DNA from: Planctomycetota bacterium
GTDB taxonomy: Bacteria; Planctomycetota; UBA8108; SXIK01
DNA: 64,000 nucleotides
Assembly: GCA_965223265.1 (NCBI GenBank)
Contig: OZ244999.1
Span: 800,001 to 864,000 of the forward strand
Reading direction: 5' to 3'
Shown: one piece after another, positions 18,622-29,423 of the stretch
How the letters are laid out: each line of letters begins with the position of its first letter
Position numbering within the stretch: the first letter of the stretch is position 1
Notes under the pieces: model-generated
The model's input: only the letters and a program-made list of their open reading frames with translations
The model's database searches: none
Told to the model about the DNA's origin: nothing
Made by a program: the position numbers and the translations under genes

Positions 18622-20244
18622 ATGAGTGACACCTCTGACGACGCGCGAGAAAGGCGAACACAGGAGGGTGCGCCTGAGTCTTCTTCTGGAACGTCGTCAG
18701 AAGTTGCGAAGCCCGTGGCGGGAATGAAGGCGACGGCTGTCTCCGGCGCCGCGTTCGGAGTCTCGGCGCAGCTCTCTCGTAGCGTCTTTCGCATGCTGAC
18801 GCTCGCCGTTTTGGCGCGGTTGCTCTCCGAAGAGGACTATGGTCTAGCTGAGATCGCACTGGCGTTCAACGCGTTCGGGATGATCTTCCGAGACTTGGGG
18901 CTCGTCCAAGCGTCGATGCGCGCACCGAACCTCACTCACGAGCAGTCCTCCGGTCTCTTTTGGATCAACGTATCGCTCGCCACTGTCTGTTCGCTCCTGG
19001 TCGTCGTCGTCGCTGTGGCCTTGCAGGTATGGGGTGGCCCAGAGTCGCGCGAAGCAGGTCAGCTCGTTCTCGTGTTGGCCCCTACTGCGCTCGTCGCCTC
19101 CCTGGGCGGCCAACCGATCGTTCACCTGTCACGCCAGCTGCGCTTCAAAACGCTTGCGATTGTCCAGTCCGTTCCGTCGTTCGCCGGTCCGTTGGTCGCT
19201 ATCTGCATCGCACTAGCCGGCGGTGGCGTGTGGGCGTTGATCGCGCAGCATTGGGTTGTGTTCCTGCTGGAGGCCGTGCTTGCTTGGTTGGCGTCGGGTT
19301 GGCGTCCGCTCCGGCCGCAACGCCCGCGGGCGATCGGATCGATCGTACGGCATGGACTTTGGATGACGATCTCCGAGTTTTTCTACATGGGGCAGCTGAA
19401 AGCGCAGCGCCTGATCATTGGATTCGTTCTGGGAACGGCTGTACTCGGCAATTTCGGCCGGGCCATGACTCTCTTGGAGATGCCTGGGAAGAATCTGTTC
19501 ACCCCGATTGCCCGTGTCCTGATTCCGTCGCTGGCACGTCTGCAGCACGAACCACAGCGGTTCGCTCAGGCCGCGCTGCGTGTCGCTCGTTCATTGGATA
19601 CGATCATGGCACCGATTCTTGCGGTGGGGATTTCCGTCGGAGATCATTTTGTTCGCATCCTCTTGAGTGCGAAGTGGGTCGAAGCAGCACAAATCTTTCC
19701 CGTTCTCGTTGCATCACTGCTGGGGCTCGGCTCTAGTCTCCAAGCTCACTGGATGCTGGTCACCCTCGGGTTTGGTCGGCGGCAAACCGTACTCACCGCC
19801 GCCAGCTCGATCGTCGAGTTGCTTTTTGTGGTCTCCGGGTTGCTTTTGGCTCAAGAGTTCGGCTGGGCTGGGATTGTCGGCGTGGCGTGCGGTTACGCCA
19901 TATCCAAATTGGTCATGCGGATCCCGCTACTTTTCTTTGCTCTCCGACCATCTCCGGTGTCGATACGCGAGTTCATGCGAACGATTTTTTTCCCGAATTT
20001 CTCGGTCGTTTGTGGCGTCGCTTGCGCCTTCGTGACCTTGTTCTTTCTGCGCGACGCCGACGAGTGGATCCGGCTGGTTGTCGGAGGTGGCGTCGCGTTT
20101 GGCGTCAGTCTAGGCTTGATTCTGGCGCGGCGTGACACTCGACTTGGGTTGGTCGAAATCCTCACGGCCGTGGGTAAGAAGTATTCGCGCCGCAATCGCG
20201 ACGTCGAAGAAGCCAACAAGGCTCCCGGAGACCAAAGTGCTTGA
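18622..20244 (+). CDS. Wzx/WzxC-type polysaccharide flippase
   Basis: 'LARLLSEEDYGL', 'DLGL', 'LFWIN', 'GVWALIAQ'; many TM helices. Confidence 0.88.
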   Translation: MSDTSDDARERRTQEGAPESSSGTSSEVAKPVAGMKATAVSGAAFGVSAQLSRSVFRMLTLAVLARLLSEEDYGLAEIALAFNAFGMIFRDLGLVQASMRAPNLTHEQSSGLFWINVSLATVCSLLVVVVAVALQVWGGPESREAGQLVLVLAPTALVASLGGQPIVHLSRQLRFKTLAIVQSVPSFAGPLVAICIALAGGGVWALIAQHWVVFLLEAVLAWLASGWRPLRPQRPRAIGSIVRHGLWMTISEFFYMGQLKAQRLIIGFVLGTAVLGNFGRAMTLLEMPGKNLFTPIARVLIPSLARLQHEPQRFAQAALRVARSLDTIMAPILAVGISVGDHFVRILLSAKWVEAAQIFPVLVASLLGLGSSLQAHWMLVTLGFGRRQTVLTAASSIVELLFVVSGLLLAQEFGWAGIVGVACGYAISKLVMRIPLLFFALRPSPVSIREFMRTIFFPNFSVVCGVACAFVTLFFLRDADEWIRLVVGGGVAFGVSLGLILARRDTRLGLVEILTAVGKKYSRRNRDVEEANKAPGDQSA

Positions 20245-20746
20245 CGCGTGGTCTACGTGTTTGGTTGTGTTCGCTGCGCTGGCGGCAGCGGCGATTGTCG
20301 TCGTCCTGCGGCCGACGATTCAGCGTCGCATGTTGCTACGACATATTCGCAACGCCCGGCGGGCGTTCGTCTGCGAATTCGAAAGAGTGTGCGCCGAGCA
20401 TTTCGCTCTCGCGGTCGGCAGGAGCGAATCGGAGAGCGCTCGGTGGCTGACCTGCGCCTACCGAGCGGCTGGGCTCATATGTGTGAGCGCTCAATGGACC
20501 GTTTGCGTCCTGGTGCCGGCTGAGATCCGGCTGCGGTTGGAGTCCGGTGACGCTCCGTCGTCGAAGCCGGATGACGATGTCTTGCGAGCAGCGGCGGTAT
20601 TCGTCTGGGACGGGCGGCGTTGGTGCACCGACGGACGGACGATTCGGAACTGCTCGCCCGACAGAGTGCTGGCGATCTTTGGTCACGAGTTCCGGCCTCC
20701 GCTTGCGTTGGTGAGTGCCGAACGTGACGTTCTCGTCGAGGCTTGA
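20237..20746 (+). CDS. Hypothetical membrane-anchored protein
   Basis: N-terminal TM; 'AAAVFVWDGRRWCTDGRTIRNCSP' resembles a conserved planctomycete hypothetical family; overlaps the flippase stop. Confidence 0.55.
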   Translation: MLDAWSTCLVVFAALAAAAIVVVLRPTIQRRMLLRHIRNARRAFVCEFERVCAEHFALAVGRSESESARWLTCAYRAAGLICVSAQWTVCVLVPAEIRLRLESGDAPSSKPDDDVLRAAAVFVWDGRRWCTDGRTIRNCSPDRVLAIFGHEFRPPLALVSAERDVLVEA

Positions 20747-20804
20747 CCCGTGAACCGGAGTTTTCCCCCACGGATGGAAGGCAAGTTGAGTTCGATCGGA
20801 ATCG

Positions 20805-22295
20805 TTACTTCGACTGTGAGCCACAGAAACCGGCTATGAGCCGGTCATACTGCTCATCGAGCCGGGCTCGGAGGGCTGCGGTGCGAGCCGGGAGCGTGTC
20901 CTTAAACTCATCCTCAACGTCCCGAAGTTCTTCGAACTTCTCGATCAACTCCTTGGCAGTCAGGCCTTCCCCATCCACGGCGAACTGTGGGTAGCCAAGA
21001 TAACGGTAGAGTTCGTGGGTTTTCTCGTTGTACGCCAGGCCGATCGCCGGGATGCCCAAGAGATGCGGTAGCAATGTGCCGTGAAACCGGCCGGCGACGA
21101 CGAATCTGCACGAGCTGATCTCGTTGATGAGGTCACTGTGCGTCTCGATGTTCGGCACGAAGACCTGCGTTTGGTGTTCTAGAGGGACTGCTTCAAGGAG
21201 CGCTGCTCTGAGCCGCTGATTGACGTCGTAGTCTGCCCTGGTCTGCGTATAGAACAGATTGATCCGGTATCGTTCTTTGACGAGCCAGCATGCGAATTGC
21301 GTGATGGCGCTCATGTATGCGTCGTAGAGCGCGTCTTCGAACTCCTTGGAGTAGCGGCGGTCGAAGTACGGGTATGCGTTCAGGCCGACGACAGCTTCGA
21401 GTCGCGACTCGTTCGGTGACGGATCCATCGTTCGTGATGTCGAACGCCGGTTCGAGGCGCGCTCCAATGAGGCGAGCGGGTAGCTGAATGCAAGGTCCGG
21501 ATAGACAGAGAATTGCCGGGTTTCGGCCGCAAAGCCGCGGATCAGCTGGGCGGAGAACTCGTCCCTGAAGGAGGAGTAGGACGACCATTCCACCGTCTTA
21601 CGAATGAAGAATCTACCGAGGCGAGAAGAGAACGGGCCAGCGCCGACGGACACGAGCGCGAAGGGGGTCTTGGAGATCTTCGCCAAGAGCGCCCAGCGAA
21701 AAAGGTTGTACGGGTGGTTCCATGGTCCGGACCAGCCGTCGTAGAGCTGCCCTGATCCGGCCACGATCAAAAGGTTGATCCCGCGAAGCCTCCGGAGAGA
21801 CCGGAGGCAAAAGAACGGTTCACAGCACACGGATTTCACGTTTCGCCAGAGGGATCTCACCGCGCGGAGTACGGTGTTCGCTCCAGGAGCATTCCTCACC
21901 CACCGTTTGAGTCGCTGCTGCGATCCATTCCCCTCGTTCGACGCCGATGGAGCCTTGAATCCAGGAACATGTGGCCCTTGGCGTGCGGCGACGACCGCTG
22001 AACGTGCCATTGGGAAGGCCTCGATTCCGTGGCGATACCGAGTGTCGGAAGGGTTCAACGAGAGCCCGACCATCTCGCCGTCTGCAAGGCGCCCTCGCAA
22101 CTGCGCGATCAGGGTACTCACGACGATCTCGTCACCCAGGTTGCCACCGTGATAGTGGCCGCAAATCGCGATCCGCGGTGCGTGCAGCGTCTGAGCTGCG
22201 GTGCTGCGGCTATCGTCGGTTGTCGTCTGCACCTCTGGGACCGTTTCACGGGTCGGTGCCGGTCGCTTCTCGTGTGGCGTCAGTGGAGCGGCCAT
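20805..22295 (-). CDS. Polysaccharide pyruvyl transferase family protein
   Basis: 'GHYHGGNLGDE', 'VAGSGQL', 'SVGAGP', 'SFRDEFS', 'PDLAF', 'RFHG'. Confidence 0.9.
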   Translation of the reverse strand: MAAPLTPHEKRPAPTRETVPEVQTTTDDSRSTAAQTLHAPRIAICGHYHGGNLGDEIVVSTLIAQLRGRLADGEMVGLSLNPSDTRYRHGIEAFPMARSAVVAARQGPHVPGFKAPSASNEGNGSQQRLKRWVRNAPGANTVLRAVRSLWRNVKSVCCEPFFCLRSLRRLRGINLLIVAGSGQLYDGWSGPWNHPYNLFRWALLAKISKTPFALVSVGAGPFSSRLGRFFIRKTVEWSSYSSFRDEFSAQLIRGFAAETRQFSVYPDLAFSYPLASLERASNRRSTSRTMDPSPNESRLEAVVGLNAYPYFDRRYSKEFEDALYDAYMSAITQFACWLVKERYRINLFYTQTRADYDVNQRLRAALLEAVPLEHQTQVFVPNIETHSDLINEISSCRFVVAGRFHGTLLPHLLGIPAIGLAYNEKTHELYRYLGYPQFAVDGEGLTAKELIEKFEELRDVEDEFKDTLPARTAALRARLDEQYDRLIAGFCGSQSK

Positions 22296-23221
22296 TACGT
22301 CTCTGGGCTCGTGTGGTGTGAACCGCTACGGCCGTTGAAGATTTCTCGTGCCGACAGTTTGAATTCACCGGCGACGACCCGCCAGTACGCGGGACCCCAG
22401 ATGCTCAGCAGAGCATAGAGACATTTTTGGCGTTCCGCGAAGCTCGACACGGAACGGCGAATCGATCTGACGATCTCGACACACTGCTTGGTCCGCGGCA
22501 TGACGAACCGCAGCGAATTGGATGCGTCCATCGTCAGGTGGTAGCTATGTCGCGAACGAGAACATTGAAACGATGATCGGCTGTGCATGCGGCGGAAGTA
22601 CAACGGCTTCGGGATCTCCCAGAACTTCCCTAGCATCGCGAGCTCCGAAAGCAGTACGACGTCGGAAGACTGATAGCTGCCAAGGACGGGCGTCTTCCGC
22701 AAAGAGGTGGCACGAATCAGCCCGAGGGCCGCATGACAAAGTCGACAGTTCTGCAGCACATGTCGCAGACGTGCGCTCGGTGTCTCCAAGTTGCGAAGGT
22801 CCAATCGATCCTCGTACGCTTCGAGCTCGTCGCCGGAGGAGTCGATCAGGGTGGTCTGCGGATAGGCCAGAATGACGTCGTCGCCCTGCTGCTCCAGCAC
22901 GTCGACGCACTCGGCGAGGTAGTCGGGGCCGCAGACGTCGTCAGCGACGACCCACTTGAAGTACTTGCCTGTGGAATGTTCGAAGACGCGGCGACAATTA
23001 GGAGCGATGCCGAGGTTTTGCTCGTTGCGGTGATAGCGGACTCGCCGGTCTGCCTCGACGTACTCCTGGCAGATACTAGGCGTGTCGTCGTTTGACGCGT
23101 TGTCAGAGATGATCAGCTCGAAGTCCGGAAATCTTTGCGCCAAGACTGCGTCAATCGCCTCGCGGACGTAGGCCTCGCCGTTGAATACCGGTAGGCCAAG
23201 ACTGACAAGTGGAGAGCTCAC
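22295..23221 (-). CDS. Glycosyltransferase family 2
   Basis: 'VSLGLPVFNGE', 'ELIISDNASND', 'KYFKWVVADD'. Confidence 0.93.
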   Translation of the reverse strand: MSSPLVSLGLPVFNGEAYVREAIDAVLAQRFPDFELIISDNASNDDTPSICQEYVEADRRVRYHRNEQNLGIAPNCRRVFEHSTGKYFKWVVADDVCGPDYLAECVDVLEQQGDDVILAYPQTTLIDSSGDELEAYEDRLDLRNLETPSARLRHVLQNCRLCHAALGLIRATSLRKTPVLGSYQSSDVVLLSELAMLGKFWEIPKPLYFRRMHSRSSFQCSRSRHSYHLTMDASNSLRFVMPRTKQCVEIVRSIRRSVSSFAERQKCLYALLSIWGPAYWRVVAGEFKLSAREIFNGRSGSHHTSPET

Positions 23222-24165
23222 ACTTAACTCCAGGCGCTCAGATAAGACGTCTTCGTTGGTTGCCTTGAAGGTGGATCAAACCCGCAGGAATTGGGTTGCC
23301 GCTGCGCTGTCCGGTCGGTGCACCGCAGAAGTTGTTCCAGTCACCCGAGGTGCGAAAGCGTTCAATTCCTCGAGGACGCGAGAGCAGCATCTTTGTGACA
23401 CCCGCCGAATCTGTCATCGCCCCGGGGTGAAAGCTGCGGTGAACCGACTCGTTCGCGAACACCTGTTAACGTAGCGCTCGACGAGTCAACTTTGAGCGGC
23501 CGTCGGTCTTGCGCATTTAGTTGCGCACTGAAATGCACCAACAAGGCCCAGAATTCTCGTTGTCGACGCCCTCGATCGTCTTCGTATTCGGAACAGCTCT
23601 ACTACCTCGGGATCATCTCTCTCTTTCGGACCTGGCTGCCGTCCAGCACAGCGATTTCGCTGCTGAAGGCAAGCTCCACTGATCAGTCTGTTTATCGGGA
23701 CTGGTTGATGATCATACCAAAATCAGCCAACCATTTCTCACAACCTCGTCCGCTTGCACACGGGCAGCGCTACCGAACCTTGTCCGAACCCTTGCCACCT
23801 CTCTTCCTGACACAGAACGAGTGGCGGGAATTGCATCCCAGAGGGAGGCCACCGGATCGCCCTTGATCTCCTCGTTGGGAGAGGGTGCAATGAATCGCGT
23901 CAACTCGACGGGTGTTACGACGCCGTTCGCCGGGTGACTCGGGGGGAAACGGCGGGAGAGCGGGTCAGACTTTTTCGGAGAGTCTGTAGGATCAAGACTC
24001 ACTCCTGAACCGTGCGTTCCTCGTGTCGCGCGCCCGTGCGCGTCTCCCGGTGCGTGCCTCTGCGTTCAGGGCGTTGTTAGTCGCCAGAATTGACGATATT
24101 GCGAAAGGCTTTCAGTGTTGGCGTAGGTTATCCGCGCCGGAGCGATCGCAGGAGTTAGAGAAAAG

Positions 24166-24717
24166 TTGAAGTTTATCGAAACGAAGATCCCTGGCGCGTT
24201 TCTCATCGAAATCGAAGAGCTACGCGACGAGCGCGGTTTCTTCGCGCGGGCATTTTGTCAGCAGGAGTTTGAGCGACTCGGACTCAAATCGTCGATCGTT
24301 CAGAGCAACATCTCAGGCAATCCGGCGAAGGGGACCCTGCGCGGACTCCACTTTCAAAAACATCCTTTTGAGGAGGTCAAGATTGTCCGCTGTACTCGCG
24401 GGGCGATTTTCGACGTCCTCGTGGACCTTCGCCCCGGATCGGAAACCCTTGGTCAATGGGACGGATACGAACTGACGGCGGAGAATCACCGTATGCTCTA
24501 CATCCCCGAGCGGTTCGCGCATGGATTCCAAACCCTGGAGCCTGACACCGAGGTGATGTATCTGGTGACACAGTTCTATTCTCGGGAACACGCGAGCGGT
24601 CTGCCGCACGATGATCCTGCGTTCGATATATCGTGGCCGCTGCCCGTGAGCGCCATCTCGGACGCCGACGCGAATTGGGAACGGTATTCTGCTTCTCCGT
24701 TCGGCGCCACCACTTGA
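24166..24717 (+). CDS. rfbC: dTDP-4-dehydrorhamnose 3,5-epimerase family protein
   Basis: 'DERGFFAR', 'GTLRGLHFQ', 'VDLRPGS', 'AHGFQTL'. Confidence 0.93.
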   Translation: MKFIETKIPGAFLIEIEELRDERGFFARAFCQQEFERLGLKSSIVQSNISGNPAKGTLRGLHFQKHPFEEVKIVRCTRGAIFDVLVDLRPGSETLGQWDGYELTAENHRMLYIPERFAHGFQTLEPDTEVMYLVTQFYSREHASGLPHDDPAFDISWPLPVSAISDADANWERYSASPFGATT

Positions 24718-24745
24718 GACAAAGAGACACAGACGGCGGATCCCT

Positions 24746-26050
24746 ATGGAAAACTTGGCACTCGACACTCTTCTCCAACAGCGGCAGCGCAGCGGATCCC
24801 CCATCGGGGTGGGGCTCGTCGGTGCGGGAACCATGGCGAGCGCTGTAGCCCATCATCTGTTGCCGGCGCCGCCGGGACTGAAACTCATCGCTATATCCAA
24901 CCGCACGGTCGACAAAGCCGTAGAGGCCTTCGCTACGTCCGGTCGCGTGCGTCGGGCGGACTCCGCCGGCGAGTTGCAAGAGGCGGCCGCAGCGGGCGAC
25001 CCAGTTGTTACGGACGATTTCCGACTCCTCTGCGGGGCCGATTGCATTGACGTCATCGTCGACGCCACCGGAAGCGTAGAGTTCGGTGCACACATTGCCG
25101 TTGAGGCAATCACCAATCGAAAGCACCTGGTTCTGGTCAACGCTGAGCTCGATTCTACAATCGGCCCAATCCTCAACGTCAAGGCGACTGAAAATGACGT
25201 CGTGATGACGCATATCGACGGCGAGGAGCCAGGGATCGCCATGAACCTGATTCGCTACTTGCGCACGATGGGGTTGGAGCCGGTTGGCGCCGGGAATCTC
25301 AAGGGCATGCTGGACCCCTATCGTACCCCCGAGACTCAGCGAGAGTTTGCGGCGAAATTCGGGATGGACCCGAAGATCACGACGTCGTTCGCCGACGGGA
25401 CGAAGCTCTCGATGGAGTGTACGATCCTGGCGAACGCGAGCGGATTCGGCGTCGGTAAGCGAGGTATGCACGGGCCTGCTTGCGATCACGTCAGTGAGAT
25501 CGCGGCACTCCTGCCGGCAGAGCAGCTCCTGAGCGGCGGCATCGTCGACTTCGCGCTCGGCGCAGCTCCCTACACGGGCGCCTTTGCGATCGTGCACGAG
25601 ACAGAACCAACCAAGATGAAGCATCTCGACATGCTGAAGATGGGGCAGGGCCCGTTCTACGTCTTTTATGTCCCTTATCACCTGCCGCATTTCCAGTTCG
25701 TGCCGACGATTGCACGCGCGGTACTGCACGGCGATGCGACGGCAGCTCCAGCGGCAGGGCCGCGCTGCGAGGTGGCCGCGATTGCGAAAACGAACCTGGA
25801 GGAAGGGGCCGTGCTCGACGGTGTTGGTGGCTTCGCCGCGTACGGGGAGATCGAGAACGCGAGCGTCATGCGGGCGGAGAACCTTCTGCCGATGGGGTTG
25901 GCGGACGGATGTCGGTTGAAGCGAGGCGTAGCGAAGGACGCTGCGATCGGCATGGCCGATGTCGAATTCCCGGCCGGCCGGTTGTGTGACAAGCTCTACG
26001 CAGAGCAAGTCGAGTATTTTGTTGAGTCTGCGGCGCGCGACGGAGCATGA
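24746..26050 (+). CDS. NAD(P)-dependent oxidoreductase (homoserine-dehydrogenase-like) with C-terminal SAF domain
   Basis: 'VGLVGAGTM', 'VDATG', 'NAELDSTIGP', 'SFADGTKLSME', SAF-like 'LDGVGGF...LLPMGLA'. Confidence 0.88.
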   Translation: MENLALDTLLQQRQRSGSPIGVGLVGAGTMASAVAHHLLPAPPGLKLIAISNRTVDKAVEAFATSGRVRRADSAGELQEAAAAGDPVVTDDFRLLCGADCIDVIVDATGSVEFGAHIAVEAITNRKHLVLVNAELDSTIGPILNVKATENDVVMTHIDGEEPGIAMNLIRYLRTMGLEPVGAGNLKGMLDPYRTPETQREFAAKFGMDPKITTSFADGTKLSMECTILANASGFGVGKRGMHGPACDHVSEIAALLPAEQLLSGGIVDFALGAAPYTGAFAIVHETEPTKMKHLDMLKMGQGPFYVFYVPYHLPHFQFVPTIARAVLHGDATAAPAAGPRCEVAAIAKTNLEEGAVLDGVGGFAAYGEIENASVMRAENLLPMGLADGCRLKRGVAKDAAIGMADVEFPAGRLCDKLYAEQVEYFVESAARDGA

Positions 26051-27271
26051 ATGAAGCCGGCTAAATGCGACGAAAGCTCTCGTCGATCGCTCTGGAACTC
26101 AGGTCGCTGCACGCTGTGTGGGCAATCGGATCTGGTGGAGTTCCTCGAACTGACGAACGTGCCGGCTCAGGACGGACTCGTCTGGCCGACGCGCGAGGAA
26201 GCTCTCGCAGCGCCGTCTGGTGACATTCGCTTGTGCGTCTGCCGAGACTGCGGTTATGTCGGCAATCGTTCGTATCGAGCCGAGCTAGTTCAGTTTCAAG
26301 GCTACGATGTCTCGCTCGAGCACTCGCCTCTCTACCAGGGTTTCGTCGATTGGTTGATCGACCGCCTGATCTCACGCTACTCGCTGCAGGGTAAGTCTGT
26401 GCTGGAAATCGCGTGCGGCAAAGGTCATTTCCTTCGCAAGCTTTGCGCGCGTGCGCAGTGCAGCGGCATTGGGTTTGATCCCAGTTTTGAGGAAGAGTCG
26501 GAGGGTGTCGGTTGTGACGCTGGCGTTCGCTTTGTCCGCGACTTCTACAGTGCCGCCTACGCACAGCACGAGGCTGATCTGATTTGCTGTCGACAGATGC
26601 TTGATATTGTCGACGAGCCGCGCCACTTCCTCTTAGAGCTGGCGAGCGCAATTCGCGAGAGTCCCTCCGACAGCGTCGTCTTCTTCGAAGTGCCGAACGC
26701 GGAGATGAACCTGAGCCGTTTCGTACCTTGGAACATCGTCTACGAACATTGCTGTTGGTTTTTTCCCAAGACGTTGGCGCTGTTTTTCGAGGTCGCGGGA
26801 TTCGAGGTGCTGGACGTGTACGCCTGTCACGAGGACGAGTACATAGGAATCGAGGCGCGCCTCACTGACTCGCCTCGGCGAGAGCATGAGCTCGAGCCGG
26901 CTGAGCTGCAGAACCTTGTCGCGCACCTTCAGGCCTGTGGCGAAACCATGAGAGAGATGGTGGCTACATGGCGCGGCACAATCTCTCGCGCTCTAGGCGA
27001 GGGAAAGACGTTGGCGGCGTGGGGTGCCGGCGCACGGGCGATCGGATTTCTTTCCGCTCTCGGAATTGTTGAGGAAATCACTCGCGTCGCTGATATCAAT
27101 CCGCGCCGTCAGGGCCAATTTCTAGCAGGAACAGGCCAGAAGGTCGTTTCACCGGAGGACCTGCTTTGTTCTCCTCCTGACGTGGTCATCGTAACGAATC
27201 CGACCTACCAGAGCGAAATCGAGAGCCAGGCATCGAAGATGGGCCTCGCGTGCGAATTTCTTGCTCTTTGA
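26051..27271 (+). CDS. SAM-dependent NDP-sugar C-methyltransferase-like protein
   Basis: Zn motifs 'CTLCG' and 'CRDCG', 'LEIACGKG', 'FEVPN', 'YEH', C-terminal 'WGAGAR...DINPRRQG'. Confidence 0.85.
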   Translation: MKPAKCDESSRRSLWNSGRCTLCGQSDLVEFLELTNVPAQDGLVWPTREEALAAPSGDIRLCVCRDCGYVGNRSYRAELVQFQGYDVSLEHSPLYQGFVDWLIDRLISRYSLQGKSVLEIACGKGHFLRKLCARAQCSGIGFDPSFEEESEGVGCDAGVRFVRDFYSAAYAQHEADLICCRQMLDIVDEPRHFLLELASAIRESPSDSVVFFEVPNAEMNLSRFVPWNIVYEHCCWFFPKTLALFFEVAGFEVLDVYACHEDEYIGIEARLTDSPRREHELEPAELQNLVAHLQACGETMREMVATWRGTISRALGEGKTLAAWGAGARAIGFLSALGIVEEITRVADINPRRQGQFLAGTGQKVVSPEDLLCSPPDVVIVTNPTYQSEIESQASKMGLACEFLAL

Positions 27272-27286
27272 CCAGGATCACTTCCT

Positions 27287-28063
27287 ATGAAAGTCGTTCT
27301 TTTCTGCGGAGGGCTTGGAACTCGACTTCGCGAGTACTCACACAACCTTCCGAAGCCGTTGGTGCCGATCGGCTATCGCCCGATCCTCTGGCATGTGATG
27401 AAGTATTACGCCCACTTTGGGCACAAGGATTTCGTCCTCTGCCTCGGTTACATGGCAGACAAGATCAAGGACTACTTCATCAACTACGATGAATACCTCA
27501 CGAACGACTTCACGCTAACGAACGCTGGCAGGAACATCGACCTCCGCACGAGTGATCTCGACGACTGGCGGATTAGCTTCGTCGACACCGGGCTCTATTC
27601 GAACATCGGTTCTCGTCTCGTTCAGGTCCGTGACTACGTCAAAGACGAGGAAGTTTTCTTGGCGAACTACACCGACGGCTTGACGGACATGGACCTGGAG
27701 ACGACCGTCGAGCGCTTCAAAGCCTCGGGGAAAATCGCGGCGATGGTTTGCCCGAAGCCCTCGCAGACTTTTCACGTCGTCACACTCGGAGAGGACTGCA
27801 CGGTCAAGGGGATTCGCCACGTTCGGGAGACTGAGACGCTGGTCAACGGCGGCTACTTTATCTTCCGACAGGAGATCTACGACTACATCAACGAAGGCGA
27901 AGAGTTAGTCAACGAACCGTTCGGACGGCTGATCAAAGCGAATCAACTGATTGGATTCCAACACGACAACTACTGGGCGATGGACACGTTTAAGGAGCAA
28001 CAAGAGCTCACGGATTTGTACAATGAGGGCTGTGCCCCGTGGGAGGTTTGGAAATCCAAGTAG
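27287..28063 (+). CDS. rfbF: Glucose-1-phosphate cytidylyltransferase
   Basis: 'VLFCGGLGTRLRE', 'PKPLVPIG', 'WHVMKYY', 'VDTG', 'NGGYF', 'WAMDTFKE'. Confidence 0.9.
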   Translation: MKVVLFCGGLGTRLREYSHNLPKPLVPIGYRPILWHVMKYYAHFGHKDFVLCLGYMADKIKDYFINYDEYLTNDFTLTNAGRNIDLRTSDLDDWRISFVDTGLYSNIGSRLVQVRDYVKDEEVFLANYTDGLTDMDLETTVERFKASGKIAAMVCPKPSQTFHVVTLGEDCTVKGIRHVRETETLVNGGYFIFRQEIYDYINEGEELVNEPFGRLIKANQLIGFQHDNYWAMDTFKEQQELTDLYNEGCAPWEVWKSK

Positions 28064-28110
28064 CTCTTCCGACTCGATGTTTCAGGCTGCTAATCCACAA
28101 GGAATGATCG

Positions 28111-29418
28111 GTGAAATTCGACAAGTCGCTCGCATTACAACCGCGCTTTCACGCTTTGATCCCAGGAGGCTCGCACACCTACGCTAAGGGTGACGACCAG
28201 TTTCCTGAGTTCATGCCGCCGTACATCGTACGAGGTCACGGTTGCCGCGTGTGGGACGCCGATGGCAACGAATACATCGAGTACGGCTCGGGACTGAGGG
28301 CCGTCACCCTGGGCCACGCGTACGAGCCTGTCGTTGACGCTGTGGCGAAGCAGCTGAGGCTCGGAAATAACTTCATTCGTCCTGCGACCATCGAGTTGGA
28401 GGCCGCGGAGCAGTTTCTGAGCTTGATCGACGGTGGCGAGATGGTGAAGTTCGCGAAGAACGGGTCGGACGTCAATAACGCGGCGATTCGAGTCTCGCGC
28501 GCCTACACCGGACGCACTCATGTCGCCATGTGCGCCAGTCATCCGTTTTTCTCCGTCGACGACTGGTTCATGGGCACGACTGCGATGGATGCCGGCATTC
28601 CGGAAGCGGTGAAGAACCTGACTTTGAAGTTTCTCTACAACGATTTGGAAAGTTTAGAGAAGCTTTTTGCTGAGTATCCAGACCAGATCGCCTGCGTCAT
28701 ACTCGAACCAGAGAAGCAAGCGCCGCCTGCGGATGGATTTCTGGAAGGCGTACAGTCTCTGTGCAAGAAGCACGGCGCCGTTTCGATCTTTGATGAGATG
28801 ATCACGGGCTTTCGCTGGCACGTCGGCGGCGGTCAGAAATTCCATGGTGTGACACCAGATTTGTCGACGTTCGGAAAAGCGATGGGGAACGGTTTTTCGA
28901 TCGCAGCGCTCACCGGAAAGAGCGAGATTCTCCGTCTCGGAGGGTTTGACCATGACAAGGAGCGGGTCTTTCTTGTGTCGACGACACACGGGGCTGAGGG
29001 GCCCGCCCTCGCGGCTGCCATCGAGACGATGCGTGTCTACGAACGACTTCCGGTGATCGAAACTCTGTGGAAGCAAGGACAGCGGTTGGCAGATGGACTC
29101 AACGAGGCCATCGCAGCGCAGAACGTCGAAGGGCACATCGAAGTGATCGGTCGGCCTTGCTGCCTTGTCTTTGCCACGCGTGATCAGGATCAGAATCCAT
29201 CTCAGCCGTTTCGGACGCTGATGCTCCAGGAGTTGATGAAGCGGGGCGTGCTGGCTTCGTCAATCGTCGTTGGGTTCTCGCACGAAGACAACGACATCGA
29301 CCAAACGGTCGAGGCGTTCAGTGGAGCGATGGAGGTCTACCGCAAAGCGCTGGATGACGGGGTTGAAAAGTATCTGGTTGGTCGATCTGTGAAACCGGCT
29401 GTGCGCACGTACACGTAG
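28111..29418 (+). CDS. Class III aminotransferase (glutamate-1-semialdehyde aminomutase-like), sugar-cluster paralogue
   Basis: 'PGGSHTYAKGDDQ', 'KNGSD', 'FDEMITGFR', PLP lysine 'TFGKAMGNG'; context argues against haem HemL. Confidence 0.88.
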   Translation: MKFDKSLALQPRFHALIPGGSHTYAKGDDQFPEFMPPYIVRGHGCRVWDADGNEYIEYGSGLRAVTLGHAYEPVVDAVAKQLRLGNNFIRPATIELEAAEQFLSLIDGGEMVKFAKNGSDVNNAAIRVSRAYTGRTHVAMCASHPFFSVDDWFMGTTAMDAGIPEAVKNLTLKFLYNDLESLEKLFAEYPDQIACVILEPEKQAPPADGFLEGVQSLCKKHGAVSIFDEMITGFRWHVGGGQKFHGVTPDLSTFGKAMGNGFSIAALTGKSEILRLGGFDHDKERVFLVSTTHGAEGPALAAAIETMRVYERLPVIETLWKQGQRLADGLNEAIAAQNVEGHIEVIGRPCCLVFATRDQDQNPSQPFRTLMLQELMKRGVLASSIVVGFSHEDNDIDQTVEAFSGAMEVYRKALDDGVEKYLVGRSVKPAVRTYT

Positions 29419-29423
29419 GTCCT

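Noticed and set aside
24377-26008. 543-aa antisense ORF and other long shadow ORFs
   Set aside because: Antisense to well-supported genes in high-GC DNA, with no recognisable motifs.
28111-29418. Calling this gene hemL of tetrapyrrole synthesis
   Set aside because: Sugar-nucleotide operon context and the 'HTYAKGDDQ' N-terminus indicate a paralogue.
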